DNA of 64,000 bases from Dehalococcoidia bacterium (GTDB taxonomy: Bacteria; Chloroflexota; Dehalococcoidia; SZUA-161; SpSt-899), in assembly GCA_046498265.1 (NCBI GenBank), contig JAWOBB010000034.1, forward strand, positions 503 through 64,502, written 5' to 3'. The position numbers and the translations under genes are program-made. Positions 18,489 to 28,261 of this stretch are shown here, in pieces (position 1 is the first letter of the stretch; every line of letters starts with the position of its first letter). Under the pieces are notes generated by a model. That model worked only from the letters and a program-made list of their open reading frames with translations, did not search any database and was not told the origin of the DNA.

Positions 18489-19577
18489 ATGAAAGACCGA
18501 AAGGACAAACTCGAACCGAATCTGCACCTGGTGGCCTGGGAGGTTACCCGCCGCTGCAATTTGTTCTGCAAGCACTGCCGGGCCGCGGCCGAGGATACGG
18601 CTTATGAAGGGGAACTGACTACCGGTGAGTGTTTTGATACCATCGACAGCATTCTGGAGGTGGGCAGACCCATTATCATACTGACCGGCGGGGAACCCCT
18701 GATGCGGCCCGATATCTTCGAGATCGGCCGCTACGCCAGCGAGCGTGGTCTCAGGGTGGTGGTGGGCACCAACGGCACGCTGATCACAAAAGAGATAGCC
18801 GAGATGATGGCCGAGGTGCCTGTGGCGCGGGTGGGTGTCAGCATCGATTTCCCGCTGCCCGAGCTTCAGGATGAATTCCGGGGCAAAGCGGGGGCCTTCG
18901 ATGAGGCGGTGGCCGGAATCAGGGCGGCGCAGCGAGCCGGACTCAGCATACAGATCAATTGTACCGTGACCAGTTTGAATTCCCGTTATCTGGAAGACCT
19001 TCTGAACCTCGCCATCGAGCTGGGGGCCGAGGCCTTCCATCCGTTTATGCTGGTGCCCACCGGCCGGGGAAAGGGACTGGCCAATGTAGAGCTTCCCCCC
19101 GAGGAGTACGAGCGGATACTCAACTGGGTCTATGACAGGCAGCAGGAGCTGGGGGATCGAATCTTCTTCAAACCCACCGATGCCCCCCACTATATGCGCA
19201 TATTGAAGCAGCGGGGAGCCGTGGAAACATCCGGTTACGGCGGACATCCTTCGATGAATTCCATCACGCGGGGGTGCCTGGCCGGGGTGGGATTCTGTTT
19301 TATCTCTCACGTGGGAAGGGTGCAGGGTTGCGGTTACCTCGACGTCGAAGCCGGAAATCTGAAGGAGGCCAGTTTTGCCCGCATCTGGAACGATTCACCG
19401 GTTTTTGCCCGCCTGCGCGACCTTTCCAATCTGGGCGGCAAGTGCGGGGTCTGTGAATACAAGAGAATCTGCGGAGGCTGCCGGGCCAGGGCCTACGAAG
19501 CCACGGGCGATTACCTGGCGGAGGAGCCGTATTGCGTCTATCAACCGCTTGCCTTGCGAGAGGGGGCCGGAAAGTGA
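18489..19577 (+). CDS. ahbD: Radical SAM/SPASM heme b synthase
   Basis: VAWEVTRRCNLFCKHCRA, FMLVPTGRG, APHYMRI, RGCLAG, CGGCRARAY. Confidence 0.85.
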   Translation: MKDRKDKLEPNLHLVAWEVTRRCNLFCKHCRAAAEDTAYEGELTTGECFDTIDSILEVGRPIIILTGGEPLMRPDIFEIGRYASERGLRVVVGTNGTLITKEIAEMMAEVPVARVGVSIDFPLPELQDEFRGKAGAFDEAVAGIRAAQRAGLSIQINCTVTSLNSRYLEDLLNLAIELGAEAFHPFMLVPTGRGKGLANVELPPEEYERILNWVYDRQQELGDRIFFKPTDAPHYMRILKQRGAVETSGYGGHPSMNSITRGCLAGVGFCFISHVGRVQGCGYLDVEAGNLKEASFARIWNDSPVFARLRDLSNLGGKCGVCEYKRICGGCRARAYEATGDYLAEEPYCVYQPLALREGAGK

Positions 19578-20563
19578 CTGTGGAACTGGATCGGATCGAT
19601 CGGCGCCTGCTGAACCTGATGCAATCGGATTTCCCACTGGTGAGGGAGCCGTTTGCCGAACTGGGGAAAAATCTTAATCTCGGTGCCCCGGAGGTACTTG
19701 AGCGGGTGAAGCGTTTACAGCATGAGCACATCATCAGGATCATCGGGCCTGTGTTCAATTCCCGCAACCTCGGCTACCGGAGCACGCTGGTGGCCATGCG
19801 CATCCCTGAAGAGGGAATCGAGCGGGCGGCGCAAATGATCAACCGAAATCCCGGTGTGGGGCACAACTATGAGCGCGGTCATTTTTATAACCTGTGGTTC
19901 ACCCTGGCGGCGCGGGGCGAATCGGCCCTCGCAGAGGCACTCGGTGAGCTTCGGGAGCAGATTTCCCCCGAGGATATGGTTGATTTACCTGCCGTAAAGC
20001 TCTTTAAGATCAGGCTTTTCTTCGACCTGGAAGGGAAGGGCAATCATCGGGGCAGCGAGGCTCCGCGCGAGCTGACAACCGTCGTTTTGCCGAGTTTGTC
20101 CGCTTCGGAACGGGCCATCATTAATGAACTGCAGCGGCAACTGCCGCTGGTGGAGCGGCCTTTCGATGGAATTGCCCAGAACGCTGGCATGGATGTTGAG
20201 GATTTCCTGGCCGGGTGCCGTTCCCTGAAAGAGCGCGGCCTGATGCGCCGCTTCGGCGCTTCCATTGAGCAGCGCCATGCCGGATTTACGGCCGGTGCGC
20301 TGGTGTGCTGGGCTGTTCCTGAAGAGAAGGTGGATGAGGCAGGAATGACGATGGCCGGTTTCCCGGAGGTCACGCACTGTTATGAACGCCGGACCTGCCC
20401 CCGGTGGCCGCGGTACAACATGTTCACCATGGTTCACGGGGATTCGCCTGAGCATATCGAAGGGATTATCTCCCGCATGGCCGCTGAAACGTCGATCACC
20501 GAATACGAGGTTTTGCCCACGGTCAGAGAGTTCAAGAAGGAAAGGCTGAAATACGAGGTGTAA
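19574..20563 (+). CDS. ahbAB: Siroheme decarboxylase, fused AhbA-AhbB
   Basis: Two AsnC-like halves with HNYER and HCYER motifs; GTG start overlaps the ahbD stop. Confidence 0.85.
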   Translation: MTVELDRIDRRLLNLMQSDFPLVREPFAELGKNLNLGAPEVLERVKRLQHEHIIRIIGPVFNSRNLGYRSTLVAMRIPEEGIERAAQMINRNPGVGHNYERGHFYNLWFTLAARGESALAEALGELREQISPEDMVDLPAVKLFKIRLFFDLEGKGNHRGSEAPRELTTVVLPSLSASERAIINELQRQLPLVERPFDGIAQNAGMDVEDFLAGCRSLKERGLMRRFGASIEQRHAGFTAGALVCWAVPEEKVDEAGMTMAGFPEVTHCYERRTCPRWPRYNMFTMVHGDSPEHIEGIISRMAAETSITEYEVLPTVREFKKERLKYEV

Positions 20564-20567
20564 AGGG

Positions 20568-21116
20568 ATGAGTATCGGAACGCAGCAGTTAATAAACGAA
20601 TACAGGCTGGAAATGGTCACCCCCGGCTGTTTCCCGGGGGCGCCGATATGGAGGGCCGAAGTAACTTTCGAAACTGATATCAGCCGGGTGCTCCCGTACT
20701 TAAACGCCGAGCTGGGAGATACCAGTTACAATCACCATGCCCAAACCCTCCTGTACAACGGCGATAACGGCAGGCGATATGCTTTCCGACCGCATGAAAT
20801 CGATATCGCCCCGGCCGAGGACAGGGAAACGGCTGTCAGGTTGTGCGATGATATCGTTTCCAGAGTTAACGATATCTGGGCAAGGAGGAATGAAATCACC
20901 CCCGATTTTCAGGGGAAAGCCGCCCCGCCAGACGTGCTTGAGGTTCGAAAACTCCTGCCCGGGACCAACTGCAAGGAATGTGGATATGCCACCTGCATGG
21001 CTTTTGCGGCGGCGCTGTCCCAGGGCAAGGCGAATTTATCCGAGTGCCCGCATATTTTGGTTGATGAATTTGCCGAGAACAGGAACGCCTTGCTGGGTCT
21101 GCTGGGACTGGAGTGA
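20568..21116 (+). CDS. Fe-S-binding protein with a C-terminal FeS domain
   Basis: LPGTNCKECGYATCMAFA...CP motif. Confidence 0.75.
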   Translation: MSIGTQQLINEYRLEMVTPGCFPGAPIWRAEVTFETDISRVLPYLNAELGDTSYNHHAQTLLYNGDNGRRYAFRPHEIDIAPAEDRETAVRLCDDIVSRVNDIWARRNEITPDFQGKAAPPDVLEVRKLLPGTNCKECGYATCMAFAAALSQGKANLSECPHILVDEFAENRNALLGLLGLE

Positions 21117-21125
21117 GAAGGTAGA

Positions 21126-21755
21126 ATGTCATACTATCCGGCCTTTCTGGATCTGAGGAACAAACGCTGCGTCGTAGTCGGTGGCGGAGGGGTGGCCCTG
21201 CGCAAGGTGGAGATGCTGCTTGAGCACCAGGCGCAGGTGACGGTCATCAGCCCCCGTTTATGTGAGGAACTTGAAAGGCTGGAAGGAAAGGTAACCATAG
21301 CTGGGCGTGGGTATCAAAAGGGTGACTTGGAAGGGGCCTTCGTGGTGGTGGCTGCCACGGACGATCCGGTAACGAATGAGCGGATAGCGACAGATGCTGA
21401 AGAGAGGGGAATGCTGATTAACGTGGTCGATGTTCCATCACTTTCCAATTTTATCGTTCCCTCATATCTAAAAAGGGGAGACCTGACCGTTGCCGTCTCC
21501 ACCGGCGGGAAGAGCCCGGCGCTGGCGCGCAGGATTCGCTCGTGCCTGGAAGAGGAATTCGGCCCGGAATATGCCGATTTAATTGCAGTTGCCGAAGAGG
21601 TGCGCTCCGAACTCAAAGGGAAGGGAATCAAGGTTTCTCCGGATGCCTGGCAGCAGGCGCTTGAAATCGGAGAGCTTCTGGAGCTCATCCGTTCGGGGCA
21701 CCCTGCCGAGGCCAAAAGGAAGTTGTATCAAACGCTCATGGAAGCGGTAAGGTAG
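21126..21755 (+). CDS. Precorrin-2 dehydrogenase / sirohydrochlorin ferrochelatase (SirC/CysG-N type)
   Basis: YYPAFLDL, VVGGGGVALRK, NVVD, STGGKSP. Confidence 0.9.
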   Translation: MSYYPAFLDLRNKRCVVVGGGGVALRKVEMLLEHQAQVTVISPRLCEELERLEGKVTIAGRGYQKGDLEGAFVVVAATDDPVTNERIATDAEERGMLINVVDVPSLSNFIVPSYLKRGDLTVAVSTGGKSPALARRIRSCLEEEFGPEYADLIAVAEEVRSELKGKGIKVSPDAWQQALEIGELLELIRSGHPAEAKRKLYQTLMEAVR

Positions 21756-23054
21756 ATGGCTGAGGAACGTAAGCTGAAGGGGCCGCAGATCTGTGCTGTC
21801 GGGGTGAACTACAGCACCACTCCGGTGGAAGTACGGGAAAGGCTGAGCATGCCGAAGGACAGGATTCGGGATGCCCTGGCTTCGCTGCGCGATTATGTGC
21901 CAAGGGGAATAATCCTGGATACCTGCAATCGCACTGAGCTCTATGCCCTGAGCAACGACAGCCACTACTCCGAGCGGGCGCTGCGCCAATTCTTGCAGGA
22001 CTGGTCGGGGGTTCCCGAGGAGGAGCTCTCGCCTCATCTCTACATCCATCACAATTACCGGGCCATGAAGCGGCTGTGCCGGATCACCTCCGGGCTGTAC
22101 TCAATGATCCTGGGCGAGCACGAGATACTGGGGCAGGCGGCCCAGGCCCTCGAGGAAGCCGAGGAAGCCAGGATGGTCGATTCGCCGCTGCGCCGGCTCT
22201 TTCAGCACGCCATCGGCACCGGTCGCAAGGTGAGGGCCGAGACGGATATCAGCAGGAACGCCCTTTCGGTGGGCTCGGTGGCGGTCGATTTGTCCACCCG
22301 GGCAGCCGGCGCGGATATCCGCGATTGCAAAGTGCTTCTCCTCGGAGCAGGGGAGGCGGGCAAACTGGCAGCCAGGGCTTTTGCTCAAAGAGGGGCGGGG
22401 TCGATTTCCGTTACCAGTCGGTCTCTGCGCAGAGCTCAGGAGCTGGCTTCTAAACTTGGCGCCAGCCCCGTCGATATCAAGGAGATGGGCATGGAGATGG
22501 CCAATTCCGATATCGTCATCAGTTGTACCGGCTCGCCGCATTTCGTGATTCACCGTGAGCTGGTGGAGAAGGCGATGTCCTGGCGCGCCAATCGTCCGCT
22601 GGTCATCGTCGATATCGCCGTTCCGAGGGATGTGGAGCCAGAGGTTGACGAAATAGACAATGTCTTCCTTTACGATATCGATGACCTGGACCGGGCACTG
22701 GGAACGAACAAGGAAGAGCGGGAGAGGGAAGTCGAAAAGGCCCAGGCCATCATCGACAGTGAGCTGGAGCATCTTCTCGAGTGGTGGCAGACCCTGGAGG
22801 TCAAGCCCACCATCAGCCGGCTGATGCAGATGGCCGAGGACGTTCGCCGACGGCAGCTGAACATGACCCTGAAAAAGCTGCCCCCGCTTGATGCCGAACA
22901 GCAGGAGAGCCTGGATGCCATGACCAGGGCAATCGTCAAAAAGATACTTCACAATCCCATCCAGTACATGAAGAAAAACGGTTATACCAACGAAGAGGTC
23001 GTCCGGGTGCTCCATGAGCTTTTTGCCCTGGATGAACAGAAAGAGCGCAAGTGA
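21756..23054 (+). CDS. hemA: Glutamyl-tRNA reductase
   Basis: TCNRTELY, SMILGEHEILGQ, GAGEAG, DIAVPRDVE. Confidence 0.95.
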   Translation: MAEERKLKGPQICAVGVNYSTTPVEVRERLSMPKDRIRDALASLRDYVPRGIILDTCNRTELYALSNDSHYSERALRQFLQDWSGVPEEELSPHLYIHHNYRAMKRLCRITSGLYSMILGEHEILGQAAQALEEAEEARMVDSPLRRLFQHAIGTGRKVRAETDISRNALSVGSVAVDLSTRAAGADIRDCKVLLLGAGEAGKLAARAFAQRGAGSISVTSRSLRRAQELASKLGASPVDIKEMGMEMANSDIVISCTGSPHFVIHRELVEKAMSWRANRPLVIVDIAVPRDVEPEVDEIDNVFLYDIDDLDRALGTNKEEREREVEKAQAIIDSELEHLLEWWQTLEVKPTISRLMQMAEDVRRRQLNMTLKKLPPLDAEQQESLDAMTRAIVKKILHNPIQYMKKNGYTNEEVVRVLHELFALDEQKERK

Positions 23055-23959
23055 GAAACCATTTGAGGATCGGTACCCGGGGGAGCAAACTGGCGGTGGT
23101 TCAGGCAGAGTCTGTGAGGGACCGGCTTGTCTCGCTTCATCCCGGAATTGATTTCGAGATCGGGAAGATAACCACTACCGGCGATCGGAACACCGACGTT
23201 TCGCTTGAGCAGCTGGGGGGGGAGGGGGTTTTCGTCAAGGAACTGGAGGATGCCTTGCTGAGAGATGAGATCGACCTGGCGGTCCACAGCCTGAAGGACA
23301 TGCTTACCACCATACCCGACGGGCTTCGCCTGGCTGCTGTGCCCCAGAGAGTTGACCCGAGGGATGTGCTGCTTTCTTCAGCGGGCAACATTGCCGAGCT
23401 TCCCCCGAAAGCACGCATTGGCACCGGCAGCCAGCGGCGCGCCGTCCAGATTCGGGAGATGAGGCCGGATGTGGAAATCTGCGATTTGCGGGGGAATATA
23501 GATACCCGTATCAGGAAAGCTTTTTCGGGCGAACTTGACGGCATCGTTATGGCTGCGGCTGCGCTAATTCGGCTGAATATGGAAGACAGGATAACCGAGT
23601 ATCTCCCTGCCGAAGAATTTGTGCCGGCGGTGGGACAGGGAGCTTTGGGAATCGAGATTCGGGCCGATGATGCTCATACATTCGAGATCGTAGCTTCCCT
23701 CAATGATGAACTAAGCCGGCGGAGCGTGACTGCAGAGAGGGCGTTCCTGCGAGCCATGGGCGGGGGCTGCCGGGCCCCGATTGCAGCGCTGGGAAATATT
23801 GAAAATGGTAATATCAAGCTTAATGGAATTGTAGCTAATCCTGATGGGAGCAAGATATTGCGCTCCAGTGTCGAGGGAGATGCCTCGGCTCCCGAAAAGC
23901 TCGGGGAAGAGCTGGCTGCCGGGATGATCGATATGGGAGCGAGATCGTTGATTCAATAG
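23051..23959 (+). CDS. hemC: Porphobilinogen deaminase
   Basis: IGTRGSKLA, AVHSLKD, RGNIDTR, GGGCRAPI. Confidence 0.95.
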   Translation: MRNHLRIGTRGSKLAVVQAESVRDRLVSLHPGIDFEIGKITTTGDRNTDVSLEQLGGEGVFVKELEDALLRDEIDLAVHSLKDMLTTIPDGLRLAAVPQRVDPRDVLLSSAGNIAELPPKARIGTGSQRRAVQIREMRPDVEICDLRGNIDTRIRKAFSGELDGIVMAAAALIRLNMEDRITEYLPAEEFVPAVGQGALGIEIRADDAHTFEIVASLNDELSRRSVTAERAFLRAMGGGCRAPIAALGNIENGNIKLNGIVANPDGSKILRSSVEGDASAPEKLGEELAAGMIDMGARSLIQ

Positions 23960-24448
23960 TTTTAGACAGGATAACAGGATGAACAGGATGGAGTACAAAG
24001 ATCTGACGGAAAAGGTGATAGGATGCGCATACCGCGTCTATAACAAAATGGGATTTGGATTTGCTGAAAGTGTCTATGAAAAGTGTTTAATGATAGAACT
24101 ACAAAAAACCGGCCTATATACAGAGTCCCAAAAGCCGATTACAGTATATTACGGAGATGAAATAGTAGGAGAATTTGTAGCTGATATTGTAGTTGCTGAT
24201 AAAATCATCGTTGAATTGAAATCCGTAAGGCGACTTGTTAAAGCTCATGAGGCACAATTAGTAAATTACCTTGTTGCTACGGGTAAGCCCTTAGGCTTAC
24301 TGATAAACTTCGGGGAAATGAGAGTTGAAGTTAAGCGAAAATACAGGGATTTCAATGGTGATCAGAAAGTGCAATCAGAATTAGCAGGGGATGCAGGATA
24401 ATATAATAACTCAAAAAAATCTTGAAAATCCTGTACATCCTGTCAAAA
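23960..24448. mobile_element. Putative inserted cassette: GxxExxY gene bounded by ACAGGAT-array inverted repeats
   Basis: Left arm TTTTAGACAGGATAACAGGATGAACAGGAT (23960-23989); right arm ATCTTGAAAATCCTGTACATCCTGTCAAAA (24419-24448); AT-rich interior. Confidence 0.5.
23979..24401 (+). CDS. GxxExxY protein (PD-(D/E)XK-like family)
   Basis: MGFGFAESVYEKCL, ADIVV, IIVELKS, HEAQLVNYL, GLLINFG. The start may be the ATG at 23988. Confidence 0.9.
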   Translation: MNRMEYKDLTEKVIGCAYRVYNKMGFGFAESVYEKCLMIELQKTGLYTESQKPITVYYGDEIVGEFVADIVVADKIIVELKSVRRLVKAHEAQLVNYLVATGKPLGLLINFGEMRVEVKRKYRDFNGDQKVQSELAGDAG

Positions 24449-24463
24449 ATTAAAGGGCGAATT

Positions 24464-25981
24464 ATGAGCCAGGGCAAAGTCTACCTAGTCGGAGCCGGGC
24501 CCGGTGATCCGGGCCTAATTACAGTCAAGGGCATGGAATGCCTCCGGCAGGCCGAGGTGGTCGTCTACGACAGGTTGATAGATGACAGTTTGCTTGATCT
24601 GGTCCCTCCTGAGGCGGAGATGATCTATGTGGGCAAATCGGCCAGGGTGCATGCCAGGGAGCAGTCCGAGATCAACCGGATTCTGATTGATAAAGCCGGC
24701 GAAGGCCGGACGGTGGTTCGTCTCAAAGGGGGCGACCCGTTCGTGCTGGGTCGGGGTGGGGAGGAATGTGAAGCACTCGCCGCCAGCGGCATACCCTATG
24801 AAGTGGTGCCGGGCATTTCTTCGGCCATCGCCTCCCCCGCTTACGCCGGTATTCCCGTAACGCACCGGCAGGCAGCCTCTTCGTTTGCCGTCATCACCGG
24901 GCACGAGGATCCCACCAAGGAGCTCTCCAGTATCAACTGGGATAAGCTTGCTACTGGAGTCGATACCCTCGTTTTCCTGATGGGAATGGGCAATCTCCCC
25001 CTGATTGCCGAAAAACTAATCGAATGCGGCCGTGCCCCGGATACGCCGGTGGCCCTGATTCGTCAGGGAACCACTCTACAACAGGAAGTGATCACCGCCA
25101 CGCTTTCAACGGTGGCCGAGAAAGCCAGGGAGGCCGGTTTCGAGCCGCCGGTGGCTATCGTGGTGGGTGAGGTTGTCAATCTCCGCGAGAAACTCCAGTG
25201 GTTTGAGAATCGGCCGCTCTTTGATAAGCGGGTGCTGGTCACCCGGGCGCGCACCCAGGTCAGCAGCTTGAGCAAACTGCTGGCCGAAAGAGGTGCCCAG
25301 CCAATCGAGTTGCCGGCCATCGAGATTCAGGATTTGCCCGATACGGCTGAACTGGATCAGGCGATTAGGGATATCCCCCGCTTCGACTGGGTGTTTTTTA
25401 CCAGCGCCAACGGGGTTGAAGCGGTCTGGAACCGGCTGGTAGCTTTGGGCAGGGATGCCCGCCAATTCGGAGCGGTGAAGATCGGGGTCATCGGGCCTGC
25501 CACCGCCCTGGCTCTGGCAGAAAGAGGGCTTTACCCCGATTTCATGCCGGCAGAGTACACCAGTGATGGTATTTTAGCCGGCCTTGCGGAACGCGATATC
25601 AAAGGATGCCGTATTCTGCTGCCGCGGGCGGATATTGCGCCTGCGGATCTGGTTGAGGGGCTTGCCGGTCTGGGTGCAGAGCCCGTCGAGGTCACCGCAT
25701 ATCTGACCAGGCCTCCTTTGGAGATTGCCGAAAAGGCCAGGCAGATGTTGCTTGACGGTAAGATTGATATTATCACCTTCGCCAGTTCTTCCACGGTGAC
25801 TAATCTGCTCGAGGCGCTGGGGAGTGACCTGCAGCCGTTGCAGAATGCGCAGATTGCCTGTATCGGCCCGGTGACGGCGGCCACTGCCGAGGCGGCGGGC
25901 CTCAAGGTGGATATCACAGCCGAGGAGCAGACCATTCCCGGCCTGGTCAGGGCCATCGAGGAGGCATATTCAAATGGCTGA
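24464..25981 (+). CDS. cobA: Uroporphyrinogen-III C-methyltransferase / uroporphyrinogen-III synthase fusion (CobA-HemD)
   Basis: [22 protein letters not shown]; C-terminal FTSANGV, FASSSTV. Confidence 0.95.
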   Translation: MSQGKVYLVGAGPGDPGLITVKGMECLRQAEVVVYDRLIDDSLLDLVPPEAEMIYVGKSARVHAREQSEINRILIDKAGEGRTVVRLKGGDPFVLGRGGEECEALAASGIPYEVVPGISSAIASPAYAGIPVTHRQAASSFAVITGHEDPTKELSSINWDKLATGVDTLVFLMGMGNLPLIAEKLIECGRAPDTPVALIRQGTTLQQEVITATLSTVAEKAREAGFEPPVAIVVGEVVNLREKLQWFENRPLFDKRVLVTRARTQVSSLSKLLAERGAQPIELPAIEIQDLPDTAELDQAIRDIPRFDWVFFTSANGVEAVWNRLVALGRDARQFGAVKIGVIGPATALALAERGLYPDFMPAEYTSDGILAGLAERDIKGCRILLPRADIAPADLVEGLAGLGAEPVEVTAYLTRPPLEIAEKARQMLLDGKIDIITFASSSTVTNLLEALGSDLQPLQNAQIACIGPVTAATAEAAGLKVDITAEEQTIPGLVRAIEEAYSNG

Positions 25982-26948
25982 TTTCCCTCAAAAGAGACTG
26001 CGCCGCCTGCGCCGCACCGAATCTCTGCGCAAGCTCGTGCGCGAGACGACGGTAAGCGTAAACGACCTCGTCTATCCGCTCTTTATAACATACGGAAAGA
26101 ATACCAGAAGCGAGATTCCTTCGATGCCGGGAATATCTCGATTCTCGGTAGATCTGCTTCCCCGGGAGATCGAGGAAATTTTCGGGCTGGGCATCCCGGC
26201 GGTTATTCTCTTTGGTATCCCCGAAACCAAGGACGAAACCGGTTCGGCGGGATATGCGCCCGATGGAGTCGTCCAACAGGCGGTTAAATCGATCAAAAAG
26301 ACGGCTCCTGACCTGCTCGTCATCACCGATGTCTGTCTGTGCGAATATACCAGTCACGGGCATTGCGGGGTGATAAAGGACGGGGTGGTCGATAACGATG
26401 CCACCCTCGATTTCCTTTCCCGAATGGCCCTCTCCCATGCTGAGGCGGGAGCGGACATTGTGGCACCTTCGGACATGATGGATGGGCGGGTCAGGGCCAT
26501 CCGGCAGGCGCTGGACGGAGCCGGGTTCGAGCAGATTCCCATACTTTCCTATGCGGCCAAGTATGCCTCGGCTTTCTACGGGCCTTTCCGCGATGCCGCC
26601 GAGTCCGCCCCGCAGTTCGGGGACCGGCGTGCGTACCAGATGGACCCCCCGAATGTAAGGGAAGCGATGCGTGAGATCGAGACGGATATCCAGGAGGGTG
26701 CCGATATGGTGATGGTGAAACCGGCGCTGGCCTACCTCGATGTAATCCGCCAGGCCAGGGATACGTTCAATTGCCCCCTGGCGGCATTCAATGTCAGCGG
26801 GGAGTATGCGATGGTGAAGGCGGCGGCCCGAAATGGTTGGATCGATGAGCGGAGCGTTGTCATGGAGATTCTGACTGCCGTCAAGCGGGCCGGCGCCGAT
26901 ATCATTATTACCTACCATGCCAGGGACGCGGCGCGATGGCTCGTGTAG
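25974..26948 (+). CDS. hemB: Porphobilinogen synthase
   Basis: [29 protein letters not shown]. Confidence 0.95.
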   Translation: MADFPQKRLRRLRRTESLRKLVRETTVSVNDLVYPLFITYGKNTRSEIPSMPGISRFSVDLLPREIEEIFGLGIPAVILFGIPETKDETGSAGYAPDGVVQQAVKSIKKTAPDLLVITDVCLCEYTSHGHCGVIKDGVVDNDATLDFLSRMALSHAEAGADIVAPSDMMDGRVRAIRQALDGAGFEQIPILSYAAKYASAFYGPFRDAAESAPQFGDRRAYQMDPPNVREAMREIETDIQEGADMVMVKPALAYLDVIRQARDTFNCPLAAFNVSGEYAMVKAAARNGWIDERSVVMEILTAVKRAGADIIITYHARDAARWLV

Positions 26949-26978
26949 TCCAAGCGAGAACAAACATAAGGACATGAT

Positions 26979-28250
26979 ATGAACCGAAACCGTTCTGAAG
27001 AGCTATTCGCCGAAGCGCAAAGGTATTTACCCGGAGGAGTGGACAGCCCGGTTCGGGCTTTCAAGTCGGTTGGCGGCAATCCCCTTTTTATCAAGCGGGG
27101 AAAGGGTTCAAAAATCTACGATGAAGACGGGAACGAGTTTTTAGATTACGTTTGTTCCTGGGGGCCGTTGATTCTGGGGCATGCCCCTTTGCAGGTGATC
27201 AAATCCATCCAGCGGATGGCGGAATCCGGGACCAGCTTCGGGGCTCCGATTGAACTTGAGACCAGGCTGGCAAAGATGGTCTGCCAGGCGGTCCCCTCCA
27301 TCGAAATGGTCCGATTTGTCAGTTCCGGCACGGAAGCCGCCATGAGCGCGTTGCGCCTGGCGCGTGCCTTTACGCAAAGGGACAAAATAGTCAAGTTCGC
27401 CGGCTGCTACCATGGCCATTCCGACGGACTGCTGGCTAAGGCCGGATCCGGTGCCACCACGCTCGGCGTGCCCGACAGCCCCGGCGTTCCGCCGGGATAT
27501 GCTCAAAATACCCTGATCTCCCGGTACAATGGTCTGGATTCAGTGAGAGATTTATTTGCCGCTCACGATGATATAGCTGCGCTCATCGTCGAACCGGTGG
27601 CCGCCAACATGGGAGTGATCACGCCGCAGCCCGGGTTCCTGGAGGGCTTGCGGGAAATTACCCGCCGGGCCGGTTCGCTCCTGATATTCGATGAGGTGAT
27701 TACCGGATTTCGTGTGGCTTCCGGCGGGGCTCAGGAACTTTATGGGGTTACTCCTGACCTGACCTGCCTGGGCAAGATTATCGGCGGGGGGCTGCCGGTG
27801 GGGGCTTATGGGGGACGAGCCGATATCATGGGGATGATGGCTCCTGCGGGGCCGGTGTATCAGGCCGGGACGCTTTCGGGCAATCCGCTGGCCATGATAG
27901 CGGGCATCGAGACGCTTCGGGCCCTTAGCCAGGCGGATACCTATTCGGAACTGGAGCGCAGGGCTGCGATGCTGGCCGAGGGAATCATTGATGCAGCCGC
28001 AAAGTCTGATGTGGCGGTGCAGCTTTCCCGGGTGGGCTCGATCCTGACCGCTTTCTTTTCACCCGAGACGGTCAGCGATTACGAATCGGCCACTCGATCC
28101 GATACCGAGCGTTTTGCCCGATTCCACGCAAAACTGCTGGAGCAGGGCATCTACTGGCCGCCGTCTCAATATGAGGCTGCATTCATTTCTCTGGCACACA
28201 AAGATGAGGATATTGAGGTGACTATCGAGGCTATAGCGAAAGCCTTGTAA
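26979..28250 (+). CDS. hemL: Glutamate-1-semialdehyde 2,1-aminomutase
   Basis: [35 protein letters not shown]. Confidence 0.95.
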   Translation: MNRNRSEELFAEAQRYLPGGVDSPVRAFKSVGGNPLFIKRGKGSKIYDEDGNEFLDYVCSWGPLILGHAPLQVIKSIQRMAESGTSFGAPIELETRLAKMVCQAVPSIEMVRFVSSGTEAAMSALRLARAFTQRDKIVKFAGCYHGHSDGLLAKAGSGATTLGVPDSPGVPPGYAQNTLISRYNGLDSVRDLFAAHDDIAALIVEPVAANMGVITPQPGFLEGLREITRRAGSLLIFDEVITGFRVASGGAQELYGVTPDLTCLGKIIGGGLPVGAYGGRADIMGMMAPAGPVYQAGTLSGNPLAMIAGIETLRALSQADTYSELERRAAMLAEGIIDAAAKSDVAVQLSRVGSILTAFFSPETVSDYESATRSDTERFARFHAKLLEQGIYWPPSQYEAAFISLAHKDEDIEVTIEAIAKAL

Positions 28251-28261
28251 TGGCACTTGGG

